Source: Sphyrna mokarran
Taxonomy: Eukaryota
NCBI GenBank assembly: GCA_024679065.1
Contig: JAGIQG010000012.1
Coordinates: 54,188,001 to 54,252,000 of the forward strand
Length of the DNA stretch: 64,000 nucleotides
Direction of reading: 5' to 3'
The notes under the pieces are model-generated. The model worked only from the letters and a program-made list of their open reading frames with translations, was not told where the DNA came from and did no database searches. Below, piece by piece: positions 38,882 through 50,900 of the stretch. Each line of letters begins with the position of its first letter. Within the stretch, counting starts at the first letter, position 1. The translations under genes were made by a program, and so were the position numbers.

Positions 38882-40557
38882 CTGTAAATACACAGAACAA
38901 AGATAGAGTGATTTTTCACCATGTAACGTAGAAAACAGAAGTTGTCCTTTATAGCTTTACTGCAAAATTAAGTTTATGTTTGATAACATGATGGTACTTG
39001 GCTAATACTTTAAAAAGATCAGATGAAAATATTCTTCAACTGTTTATCAATTGGGCAAGAACTATTGTTTTAGAAGATAATCAACCCACTGTTCATTTTT
39101 GAAATTCCTAACATTACATCAGTTGCACTACATATGAAGGGGTTGGAGAAGGAAAAGCTGGCAAAGTAATGTCCCAAATCTCAAAACATTCACATATCAA
39201 AAGCAAATGATGAGGTAGAAAGAGACAGGAATACATCCTTTTTATATTTCTCACCACTCTGAATTAAAAGGTATGCCTTACTCCTTATAGAAAAGTGCAC
39301 AGCACTCTCAGAAACAAATTTTAAGTTAAAAGATAAACTCAGTCTCTGTTCTATGTTACATGACAAAATGAGATATTTATGTTAAAGTGTTCACAAAACG
39401 TGGCATAAACACATGAGAGAAATGTATACAAAGGCAGTCTCAGTTTTATGTTGGGTACCGAACATACAGGGTAGTACTAGTCTGTTACCCATTTGGTGCT
39501 TCTCAACAACTAGTGCTTATACCCATAGTCATCAGTCTCACTGACAACCAGTGAAATGTAGATTAAAATGTGATCTGAACAATGTTATAAGTCGCTGTGG
39601 CAATGAAGAGTACCTCTGAATTTTGCACGACAAATCAGCTCATTCTATTAGCATACATTGAAAACACACGTCCAACTGTTTAGAAAATATGACAAGAAAG
39701 TAGACTTCCTTTAAATTATATCCCCAAATATTATGGTTTTAAAGATTTGCATTTCAAAAGTTTTCTTGTGTAAATTGCTTTTCATTTGTTTGTCCTGGTG
39801 AACCTTTTCTAAGACTGATTGTACAGTTCACACTTACTTCTTTGTTGTTACTTCAAAAATGCAAGCACAGAGTTCCACATTTACAGAGTTTACAGCTCTT
39901 CCAGCAGCCAATTGGTAAGCAGGGGCTCCAGGTACCAGTGTGCCCCAATACAATTATTAGAGGCAGAGGAGGCTTCAGGCAGATTGTCTGCCCATTGGGC
40001 ATTTCACCACTTCTGGGATTTAGCCAGCACCAAGAAAAGCTACATTGTATTGTTTCCTGCCCAGCAGTTTTTACTGCATGGATGAATGGCAGGCATGAAT
40101 AGACCTGGGCCTATTGGAGGATTCCATCCAAAGTCTCTCCTCACTGACTACTCTTTTCTTCTGATCTGTCTACCTCTATCGCCTCCCCCTTCATTGGCTG
40201 AGGCCTGCCAGGTGGCCCAGGCAAGAACCTTAGGCTTAAACTCCAGTCTCAGCTCCAGTTCAGCACATCTTCCTGCAACCCTCTCTGCAGTACCATAGTA
40301 GCCACTGCTCCCAATGGTGGCACTGCTGCCAATGGCATTGTTGATACCAGACAGCTGCTCTTCGAGGTGAGACTTCCTGCTGCTGAGGGACAATAGTCTC
40401 TCCTTGAGTCACTTGATGCCTGTGGGATCCTTTATATGGTTTGCTTTAGTTAGAAGCCTTCATTTTAAGATATTTATGCCCTGTGTCTCTGACTATGCTA
40501 AGTTTTAAGAGTTAATTTGACCACATTTTTAAATCTCAGCTGGGAATTCTGGGATGT

Positions 40558-40792
40558 CATGATGTGGAGCTGCCAGCGTTAGACTGGGGTAAACACAGTA
40601 AGAAACCTCACAACACCAGGTTAAAGTCCAACAGGTTTATTTGCTATCAAAATCCATTAGTTTTCAGAGCACTTGCTGCTCCTTCATCAGAACTCACCTG
40701 AAGAAGGAGTAGAAAGTGTTCTGAAAGCTAGTGGATTTTGCTACCAAATAAACCTGTTGGACTTTAACCTGGTTTTGTGAGATTTCTTACTG
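40558..40792. mobile_element. Non-coding palindromic Penelope derivative (two inverted terminal units)
   Basis: About 40597-40690 is the reverse complement of about 40698-40792; the left side has a roughly 40-nt extra tail; flanked by GAATTCTGG(G)ATG on both sides. Confidence 0.85.
40695..40733 (+). ncRNA. Minimal type-I hammerhead ribozyme motif (Penelope-associated)
   Basis: CAC-CTGAAGA-A-GGAGT(AGAAAGT)GTTCT-GAAA-GC-TA-GTG: core CUGANGA and GAAA intact, palindromic AGCU in place of stem III, CAC/GTG stem I; stem II is weak (G-U rich). Confidence 0.6.
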
Positions 40793-41426
40793 AATTCTGG
40801 ATGAACATAGAAATTGACTACATTTGAAGATGCAACGTTTGCAGAAATGTTTTTTTTCATAAACAAGCTTTCCATGATCACACAACTGCAAATTGCTTTT
40901 GAAAATTACAGATTATCTGTGTCCAATAATTTCATAACTCATATATTGTGGTAATAGTTATGTGTATTCAGCTGAGTTGTGTTGAATCCTATACAAGTTC
41001 AAGTTCAAGCTGTTGTTCAGCTTTCTGGCCACCCTCTCCCTCTATCTCTCTCTCTCTCTTCTTCCAATACATCAGTCTCTTTCATTTCTGTTATGTTAAT
41101 GATGATCAATAAACTTTGGACCAGTTGTGCCTGCATCTATTCTAAAAGAACAGATTCTACAATGCACAACCTGATGGAAGCTCCCCTCCCAACTTTTGCA
41201 TTTGGAAGTGGGACCAGGTAACTCAGAATAAAATCCAGTGATTTGTTTATTGCAGGAAAAGAAACACAATGTGTTGGGGAACATCCAGCAGATCAGGTTG
41301 CACCAGTTCTGTATTTGCCACTGCATCAACTACTCTCCAAGCTATATACTTCAATCAAGGCAATTTCAAATTGTACCTCAATATGTCAAAAGGAAAAGTG
41401 TCTGAAAGTCTTGTTTATTTTAGTAG

Positions 41427-41957
41427 AGAAGATCACAGAATCCTTATGTTATAGAAGGAAGCCATTCAGCCCATCAAGCCTGTACTGACAACAATCTCAC
41501 CTTATCCCACTCCAGAATGGAGTGCTGTCGTGTTTAAAATCCTGCCAAGTGACTAAGGGACATGGAGATCAAAGTGATCTGGCCACTTTGAAATTTGCAC
41601 GGCTGACAAGCAAGAATGTAGATGTTGATCATTGGGCTGCCTGAAATCATCATGCCAGGGTGATCCTCAGCTCTGCCAGTGTCACTGTCTCCAGAGTGTC
41701 AAGGTCAACCCCTGACACATATTTACCCTCCTAATCACCCAGAAACTAGGATCAATTTATCATGGCCAATCAACCTAAACTGCACATCTTTGGAATGTGG
41801 CAGAAAACTGGAGCACCTGGAGAAAACCCACACAGCAACGGGGAGAATGTGCAAACCCCATACAAACAGTCACCCAAGCTGGGAATCGAACCCAGGTCCC
41901 TGGTACCCTCAGTCCCTGAGGCAGCGATGCTAACCACTGTGCCACTCCAATGTGCCA
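41427..41957 (-). mobile_element. HE1/V-SINE interrupted by a roughly 200-bp insert (about 41508-41706)
   Basis: Reversed tail at 41427-41507, reversed core and head at 41707-41957; the intervening sequence matches 42966-43134. Confidence 0.85.
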
Positions 41958-44373
41958 GCATTGTGTCACATTTCTAAAATAAAGGGGTTATTACGTCTTC
42001 TGCCCACAGATGCCAGGCGTTTGTTGCACTAATTTTCAAAGCCATTCAAATGATCTCTGTCCCTGTGGCCAAATCAACTGCAACGTGACATACTAAAGAT
42101 GATTTTAACCAAACTCACATGTAGGAATGCAGAGGCCATGCAGTTTAAATCATCTTCAAAAATCTGTTGTCCCATTCCAACACAATTTTTGCCTGCTACC
42201 ATTTTTAAATGACAATATTTTTAGGTGTCTGAAGTGCTGCCAAAGAAACCTGTGGTAGGTGCGTGCTACATGATTATATGCAAACCAGGAATCTACAATG
42301 TCATTAGGATCCAGACATGTCGTTAACTTGAAATATCAGAATCTTGCTCAGCATTAAAGCCACTGATTAATATCTCTTACAATTGTATTTTTAGTGGCAG
42401 AGGAGAAATGCGATTTAAAGAGACGATCAGCTCCAGGCAGCTGGATCAGACAGGAATTTGTGTGTGACTGCATTTGTAAATTTCCAAGGAATCCTTGAGC
42501 TTAGACCTTGCATGTTACTGACAATTTTCTACATCAGTCAACTTGAATAAGTACTCGCAATTTATCATGCTTGCTTCTTTGTTTCAGTTGGAAGAAGGGG
42601 AAAGGTTTTGAGTGGATGGAGGGGCTGTTGCTCATAGAAGGGCTTAGGCAGGGATTGGAATTTTCGCTCTCATTCTCATCAGGTGGGTTTGCAAAGGGAG
42701 CAGCAAATGTGGCAAGAAGTATAAAGTCATGTTTTATGTCAGCGTAAACACATGATGCGATTGTCCACTCCCCCCAATAGTTGTGGGATGTGTTTCCTGA
42801 TGTTGAATGTCAGGAAACTCATTTGAATGTATTACTATGTAATCATCAAGTCCAAAGGCTAGAACCATGCCCCCAACCATCAAAAATCTATCCTTGGCGA
42901 CTTGACTTTAAAGAGGTCTGCCCATACCTGCAGCTTCTGACAGAGAGGAAGGAAAATCCCTGCTGCAGAATGGAGTGCTGTCATGATATAAAATCCTGCC
43001 AAGTGACCGGAGGATATGGAGATTAAAGTGACCTGGCCACTTTGAAATTTGCATGGCTGACAGGCAGGAATGCAAATGTTAATCATTGGGTTGCCTGAAA
43101 CCATCATGCCAGGTGTGATCCTCAGCTCTGCCAGGGTGAGAAGGGACAGTCCAACCACAAAACTGCCATCTTTCTGGACAGCGGCAAGGTTAACACTGTA
43201 GCCCCAAGCCAATCCCAGGACCTTTGAGTGACCCATCCTCCACAGCCGCAGAGGGGCAATCAGCCACTGGACCTTCCTCTTTAAGCTCGCTCAAGTCATC
43301 TGGCCATAGTGCCAGTGCCAGGGTGCCAATAGGCAGTGCACTGTTGGCACTGCCATGGCATATGAATTGAAGGGAGGTCTGAGGGGGAAGGGAGTGTGTG
43401 TGGGGGTGTGTAATTGGATAAATCTCTTCCCTGCATCGTGCAGGGAAGAAGATGACTCTCACTGCTGAGAGGTTTGTAGTTCTTTCTTGAAACTCAAAGT
43501 CCAACATGCCAGGTCCTTGCTTCTGAGGATCTGCCTGAAAGCTGCAGATTCCGCTAATGAGGTGGGTGAATAGAGGGAGATTCTTGAATCAGGCTTCAAG
43601 CCAGCTAATTATACTTGAAGTTGTTACTTTGAATATTTATTGGATTCCCTGCCCTTTACGAGTCGGAACTCGATTGGGGCTGGTGGAGTGGGCCAGGAAC
43701 AATGCGATGGATCTGGTGCCCGATGCCCAATTTTCTGGGCCATCGTAATACCTGCAGGGAGATCGCAGCTGAGGAGTTTCCACACCACCCCCGCCCCCAC
43801 CCCAACCCATGTATGTATGTAATTCCTTTGTCTTCCCTCAATGGATGCACCAACTGACAAAAACTCCTTCAAAAACAAGTCACACTACTTTCACAAATGT
43901 TGCAACAGCAGAAATAAATCAAAGGTACCTTGCCAGGAAGTGCTTGCCTTTCACAAGCCTTTTCTGGCTCATTGGAGGAGTGGCTCTCTCATGCAACTCA
44001 ACAAACGTTCAGGTGTTCAATGGACCTGCATGGCCTAAGTTTTGAAAAATTGTTTCAAGCCAGCAAGAATGGCTGACTCATGTCATTAGGAGATCTCTCC
44101 TGATGTTTTTGGTGCATTTACAGAATGCCCTTACTCAGCCCCATCCCAGCTCGGGATGCCCGCTGGCTGCACTGAAAGTGACCAACAGCATGGAGAATGC
44201 TCGCTTCTAGCCTTATGGCTTCCATAGCAGCAGCACTGGTAGTGGCACTATGGAGCCTAAATTTGCAGCAATAGACTTTGAGCTAAATATGCTTTTATCA
44301 TATTTAAGGAGACAATATTAGCATATATTAAGCAAATCTTGACATCCAAAACATATAACAGAACCTGTCCATT

Positions 44374-46238
44374 GGGACAGCATAATGGCACAGTGGTTAG
44401 TATTGCTTGCTCACAGCACCAAGGAGACAGGTTCAATTCTGGCTATAGGTGTCATAAAGTCATAGAGGTTTACAGCATGGAAACAGGCCATTTAGCCAAC
44501 TTATCCATGCTGCCCTTTTTCATAAAGCCTTAAGCTAATCCCAATTGCCTGCATTTGGCCAAAGTCCTTCTATACCTAACTTATCCATGTAATTGTCCAA
44601 ATACTTTTTAAAAAAGAAAAAAATGTATCCACTTCTACTACTATCTCTAGCAGTTTGTTCCAAATACTCACCACCCTCTGTGTGAAAAAATTGCCCTTCT
44701 GGACACTTTTGAATCTTGCCCCTCTCACCTTAAACCTATGCCCTCTAGTTTTAAATTCCTTTATCTTTGGGAAAAAATATTGACTATCTAGCTGATCTGT
44801 GCCCCTTATTATTTTATAGACCTCTATAAGACCATCCATCAGCCTTCTACACTCCAGGGAAAGAAGCCACACCCTATCAAACCTCTCCTTATAATTCAAA
44901 CCATCAAGTCCCAATAGCATCCTAGTAAATCTCTTCTGCACTCTTTCTAGTTTCTAATGTTTCATAATAGGATGACCAGAACTGTACACAGTATTCCAAG
45001 CGTACAAAGCCTTACCAATGTCTTGTACAATCTCAACAAGACATTCCAACCCTTGTATTCAATGTTCTGGCCAATGAAACCAAGTGTGTTGAATGCCTTC
45101 TTCAACACTCTGTCCATCTGTGACTCCACTTTCAAGGATCTATGAACATGTACCCCTAGATCTCTTTGTTCTGTAACTACCCTCGCCCCGCAAGTGCCCT
45201 AGAATTAACTGATTAAGTTCTGCCCTAGTTCAATCTACTAAAATGCATCAACTTGCATTTGTCTAAATTAAACTTCATCTGCCATTCATCAGCTTACTTG
45301 ATCAAGATCCCATTGCAATCAGAGATAACTTTCTTCATTGTCCATTATGCCACCTACATTGGTGTCATCTGCAAATTTACTAACCATGCCTCCTACATTC
45401 TCATCCAAATCATTAATATAAATGACAAGTAATAGTGGACCCAACACTGATCTCTGAAGCACACCGCTGGTCACAGGCCTCCAGCTTGAAAAACAACCCT
45501 CAACAACCACCCTCTGACTTCTGTCAAGAAGCCAATTTTGTATCCATTTAGATACTACACCTTGGATCGTGTGAGATTTAACCTTAAGCAACAACCTACC
45601 ATGTGGTACCTTGTCAAAGGTCTTACTGAAGTCCATGTAGATAGCATCAACTGCATTGCCCTCATCTACATCTTGGTTACCCTTTCAAAAAACTCAATCA
45701 AATTTGTGAGACATGATTTTCCACTCAGAAAGTCATGCTGTCTATCCCTAATCAGTCCTTGCATCTCTAAATCCAGTAGATTCTGTCTCTCAAAATACCT
45801 TCCAATAACTTATCCACCACAAACATGAGGCTCATTGGCCTGTAGTTCCCAGGCTTTTCCTTGCAGCCCTTTTTAAACAAAGGCATAACATTCGCCACTC
45901 TCAAATCTTCAGGCACATCACCTATGACTATCGATGATTCAAATATCTCTGCTCGGGAACCCGCAATTTCCTCCTAGCCTCCCACAAAGTCCTGGGTGCC
46001 TGTGTGGAGTTTGCATATTTTCCTGTGTCTGCATGGGTTTCTTCCCGATATTCCAGTTTCTCCCCCCACAGTCCAAAAATGTGTGGGTTAAGTTAATTGT
46101 CCCTGGTAAATTGCCTCTTAGTGTCAGAGAGATTAGCACGTAAATGTGTGCGGTTATGGGGATAGAGCCTGGATGGAATTGTTGTCAGTGCAGACTTGAT
46201 GAGTTGAATGGCCTCCTTCTGTACTGTAGGGATTCTAT
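44374..46238 (+). mobile_element. HE1/V-SINE split by a CR1 insertion (head 44374-44453, remainder 45994-46238)
   Basis: The head ends GGTTCAATTCTGGCTATAGGTGTC, and the SINE resumes GGGTGCCTGTGTGGAGTTTGCATATT. Confidence 0.85.
44452..45996 (-). mobile_element. CR1 LINE, 1.5 kb reverse-transcriptase fragment
   Basis: ORFs MDFSKTFDKVPHGRLL...VTSGVLQRSVLGPLL...SKFADDT (RT motifs) and QKRFTRML...RGHRFKV...FFTQRVV; disrupted by frameshifts and deletions. Confidence 0.95.
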
Positions 46239-47404
46239 ATCTTTTGTTGCCTAAATGATGATATTTGAAATTACAGTGAAACCTGTAGCTAGATAGACAT
46301 TTATTGTATATGCTAATTTGTTGTAATGTTGCTAATTGATTGCTAAATTATTGGCAGAGTGAAACAGCAGAAAAATGTGAATGATTTTTCTGTGGTTAAA
46401 AGGGACCTTCAAACCACTCAACATTGCTTTTGTAATTATTTTTCAAGATAAATGACCTGTAATATTAAAACAAAGAAATCTGATTACATTTACACTCTGG
46501 GTGAAGAAAAGCATCCACAGTAATCAGTTTAAAAAGTTCATTTTTCATTCTTATGGGATTGATTCACTTTACAAATGGATGTTATAAACAGTGATCTGTC
46601 AAGACTTGAATATATTAGTTATTTGTGAAGTTCTCCACAATTTCATCTCAGCAATCAGTGATTAACATGTTGTTACTGAGAAGCAAGAGGTCTGTAACCA
46701 GGCGATTCATTTCAGTGCACAGTTTGACACTGGGTGTAATGTATACTGACCAGGAAAAGAATAAGCATTAAAGTGCCCAATTTGTGTCCCCACATTAAAA
46801 AATAGTTGGGATGTCCAGTGGTCTATTCAATAGTCTACTGCCCAAGGCAATGTACTGGACACAATGATGCCCCATTGCTTTAAGTGAGAATTAATTCCTA
46901 TGTTGAAAAATGCTGCTTCAACAAGAAAATGCTTGAAACAAAAGAGGACCGTTTAAGTGGAAGTATCGATCAAAATTAAAACAGTTTTATAAACTGTTGA
47001 CTATAAAGCACATTTCAGACGTCCAACTTTCCTGTTTTTCTAGGAAGTTCTTTGAATTTGCAAATCAGATTGGAATCCAATTGTAAGGCTCTGATCACTG
47101 TTTTTATGTACAATTTGACAGACAATGTTCCACACAATGCTAGGCCAATTGTATGTAATTTTGAACAGTCTAAGCAGTGATCTCTAAAGGATCATTCTCA
47201 CTCCCATTAACCGCCCCCCCCCCCCAACCCCTCAACAAACCTGACCTACCAGCTGATCTGTTTCAGAAACCAGATGATTTTCAGCCTATTAAAACTCAGA
47301 AAAAAATGCAGGGCTGGATACGTATTCATTTTGAACCAAAGTTAATAATTAGCTGCTTAGAGTTAATCCGCATCAAACCATGGAATCACAACCACAAACT
47401 ACTA

Positions 47405-47548
47405 TGGATGTTGGAATCTGAAACAAAGACAGAAAAGTGCTGGAAAATCTCAGCAGGTCTGGCAGCATCTGTGGAGAGAGAGTAGAACCAACATTTCAAG
47501 TCTTGATAACTCTTCGCCAGAGTTGACAAAGCTCTGACAAAGGGTCAC
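47405..47548. mobile_element. Penelope terminal fragment (second family) with degenerate hammerhead motif
   Basis: GCTGGAAAATCTCAGCAGGTCTGGCAGCATCTGTGGAGAGAG terminus; minus strand CTGGCGA-A-GAGT...ACTT-GAAA-TGTT at about 47490-47520. Confidence 0.7.
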
Positions 47549-47603
47549 AGAATCACATTGTATGCACAACTGAAAAATATGATTCAAATGAGCAAAAACT
47601 TGC

Positions 47604-47787
47604 CTTCCATTTTCAGGGTTAAAATCAAAATAATTCTCCTTGCACTGATCACAGCGTATCCCAGTCACTGAAAGGTCTCGGCACACACATTGTCTTGTGA
47701 CACTGTCGCACCTCTGATGCATTGATCCTGTTGGATGGCACTCACATGGCAAACAACCAGTGGAATTAATCGAGGGAAGCATAAAAC
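47604..47787 (-). CDS. USH2A: Usherin exon (human exon 14 equivalent), laminin EGF-like; GC donor
   Basis: tttttcAG|GT acceptor; 184 nt; FMLPSINSTGCLPCECHPTGSMHQRCDSVTRQCVCRDLSVTGIRCDQCKENYFDFNPENG; donor AAG|GCaagt gives the phase-2 junction the next exon requires. Confidence 0.92.
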
Positions 47788-50129
47788 CTGAAAAATCACC
47801 ATGTAAATTATTTATGAAGAGTCAGAAATTAGCATATGGATGCAATTGTTGGTAAGGCAGATGATTTTCCAAGAAGTTATAAAAGAATTGATATTGAAGA
47901 TGTTTCTATAGATCATCAACCTACCTAAATCTATGTATAAAATCTACTTCTATCTTAACATTACTGGATATATGTACCAATAGACTACACCAAAAGAAAC
48001 CAGGCTGAGCGTCACATACATATGATTCCTCACAGATGCCACTTCTGATAACTTCTAGATTTCAGCCAGGCAAAACTGCTTGGACTAGTCAGAACATCAG
48101 TGGCTCATTCATCTCAGTCCATTCTCATGTACTCACCAATTACATAGCAATATTGAGAAAAGCTTGAGAACAATTCTTTTGGCTAATAACACTTTACACA
48201 CAGGATGCCTCAACAAATGAAATAAATAAATGCAAAAAAAATGGCAGCATCAAATCTTCTGCTTTGAAGTCTGTGTTTCAGAAATGCTTGCAACATTTTA
48301 TTGAATAATAATAACCAATTTTGAACATTATGGGTGAGATCTTACCGACCATCCACACCATGATCTCGCTGCAGTGAGCTTAGGGAATTTGGCACCCAGC
48401 CAAATCTCCGTCTACTGCAACGGGATTGGAGAAATCCCACTGACATGATGGGCGGTAACATTCTGGCCAATGTCTTTCATATGTACAGCATCTAAAGAAT
48501 GATTAGATGGTTGCTTCAATGAATTAAAAAGCAGCATTACAAGCAAAGGAACAGCAACTTGGTATCTACGTTATCTTCGGTAATATTAGTGGGAAAATGA
48601 TTAATGCATTTGTGTCGTTATCCCTTCTGCAATTGTAACAAAGATATCATTTTTTTAAATAAAACGTAACTTCTAGTCTTTCTTGTGTTAATATTATACT
48701 AACAATATATAATTATATGGATTTTCTTAAAAATATATATTTTGCAACATTACATAATGTTGCATTTTAGATAACAAACATATGGGAACCAGTTTTTCTA
48801 TATTGGAACTCATAAGCTTTCCACGAATGCACAAAAATATAGCAAAAAAAGTTCTTCTATGATGTGCAATTATTAAACCAGCATCATAAATCATTAAAGG
48901 GTGAAATTTGTGTTTTCATAGAAAATGGAAGATGCTTGTCACTTTCTTTAATTAAATCAATAATTAAGTCACATTTATGAAATCCCAACGTTTCCAAACC
49001 ACACATACCCACAGTTTCCTTATTATTAATTATGTTGTAAAACAGGCACACTCCTGTTTTTGTTACAAAAGAAACATCATACCATATTCATTGTTAACCA
49101 TAGTCATTGTTCATTATCCAATTTCTCAGTGTAAAATCTGAATTTATAGTTAACTACTGAAATATAATGAAAACTAACCCTTAGTGTGAATGTATATGCA
49201 TTCTTTGGTTCATTTTTCAGCATTTGTCTTTTGAGTTAAAAAACCTCTAACATTCAGAATTAATGTAGGAGCAATTCAAAAATGATGGAAATAGCTGGGA
49301 TTCCTTACAAGTGACAGTTATTTGCAAATTAACTGGTTTATTCAGTTAATAGTATTTAGATAAAATATTTGAATAAATGAGAGTCAGAAACGGAGATCAG
49401 AAAGTACCTGAAATTACTTAACGGCAAAATACTAAAAATCTGTTTTTACTCCATGATTATATTGACTGAATAAACTGTAAAATAAAACCACAAAATTTTA
49501 TTCAGAGTCAAGTTGTCATTTATCTTAGCAGGAAAGGACCTAAATTAAATCCCAACTAATTTAACAGTGATAAATACAAACCAATTATTCCTTGGGAATT
49601 AAATATCGTCCAGATGAAATTTTAAGGAATAGACAATTAACTACACATTCTGTCAGATCAATAAAATGATCACTTTGTGAAGAACTACTATATTAGTCAT
49701 TATTGCAGCAATTTTTACTGGTGAGCTATTATTTAACTCTTATCTATATAAATTACATTTTAAATTCAATCATATAAAGCAGAAAATTGTTTTACATATT
49801 ACCATGGTATCAGACTGCAGATTGTACAAAGGTGATTCCTGCTGCTAGACCATTGCTGCCCATTAAATGCATACTCTTTTCTTTTCAGGAGACTATGACA
49901 GCTACAGTGGAATACCATTAATCTGAATGCCACCATGCAGATTAATGCAGATTGCGCAGATTAATAATGCAACTGGGAGTGGTAAATTTGAAATTTTGAA
50001 AGAACACTTCCAGGAACTATAAGATTGGTTTTAAATGGGGTGTCATAAATAGGGCCCTAGCTATTTTCTCACCATGCAATCTTCATGCTGAAATAGGGCG
50101 CATTGAAGCCATCCCACAGGATAAAGGCC

Positions 50130-50900
50130 ATCCTGATTAGATCATTACTAATTGTACATCACGCCGACTCATGACTGGATTTAAGATTGTCACTTTTGGC
50201 CCTGAAAGGTATCCAGATTACCCTGGAAAGGGAAGGTGTCTCAAAAGCAAAAGTTGAAGGGAGCTATTACATGCTGTTACTATGTAGTAGCAAAACGAGT
50301 GGTATTCTCCATTAATAGGGCGTTGCCACTAAGCCAGAAAGATGCTCTGTCTGTCACACAAATGAGTAATGCGGTATATGTATGTCAAGGCAGGTGTGAT
50401 GCCAGGTATGTAGATCATACATTCCAGAAATTAGCAGATCATATCAAACAGCACACCTCTTTGGCACTTCACAACTGATCATACCCAACCAGCCCATGTT
50501 TGCAAAACTCAAAATATTATGCACACCATTAGCTGTGAGTTTGTGATTGGACAACATCTGCTAAACAATCCTGACTGTGCTCGGAACTACACTGAAAACC
50601 AATTTCAGATTGTCATCCAGGTTTGCAGTGTGGCTCACTAATGTTTGCTAGAAGCCACATATATTCACACAAAGGGCCCTGTCCTTTGTAACAACAGGAA
50701 CTCCCTTGTTCATTCCTCAGGACAATATGTTGGCCAGTCAGAATCAACAGGTTTGACTTGAACAGAGCTGGACAATCAAAAGTTTTATTCTGCATTTTTG
50801 TGAAAATGCCTCCATGAATCAGAATCCACTTGCCAACAAACCAGCATTCTCTTCTCAATTCCTGTTGCCCTATTACCTCAAAAGTTGTGAACAAACAGGG
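50130..50900 (+). mobile_element. Penelope-like element (third family), GIY-YIG endonuclease remnant
   Basis: RLPWKGKVSQK...TQMSNAVYVCQGRCDARYVDHTFQKLADHIKQH (decayed VVY...YVG motif), followed by IGQHLLNNPDCARNY..NQFQI and LLEATYIHT.GPVL. Confidence 0.8.
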
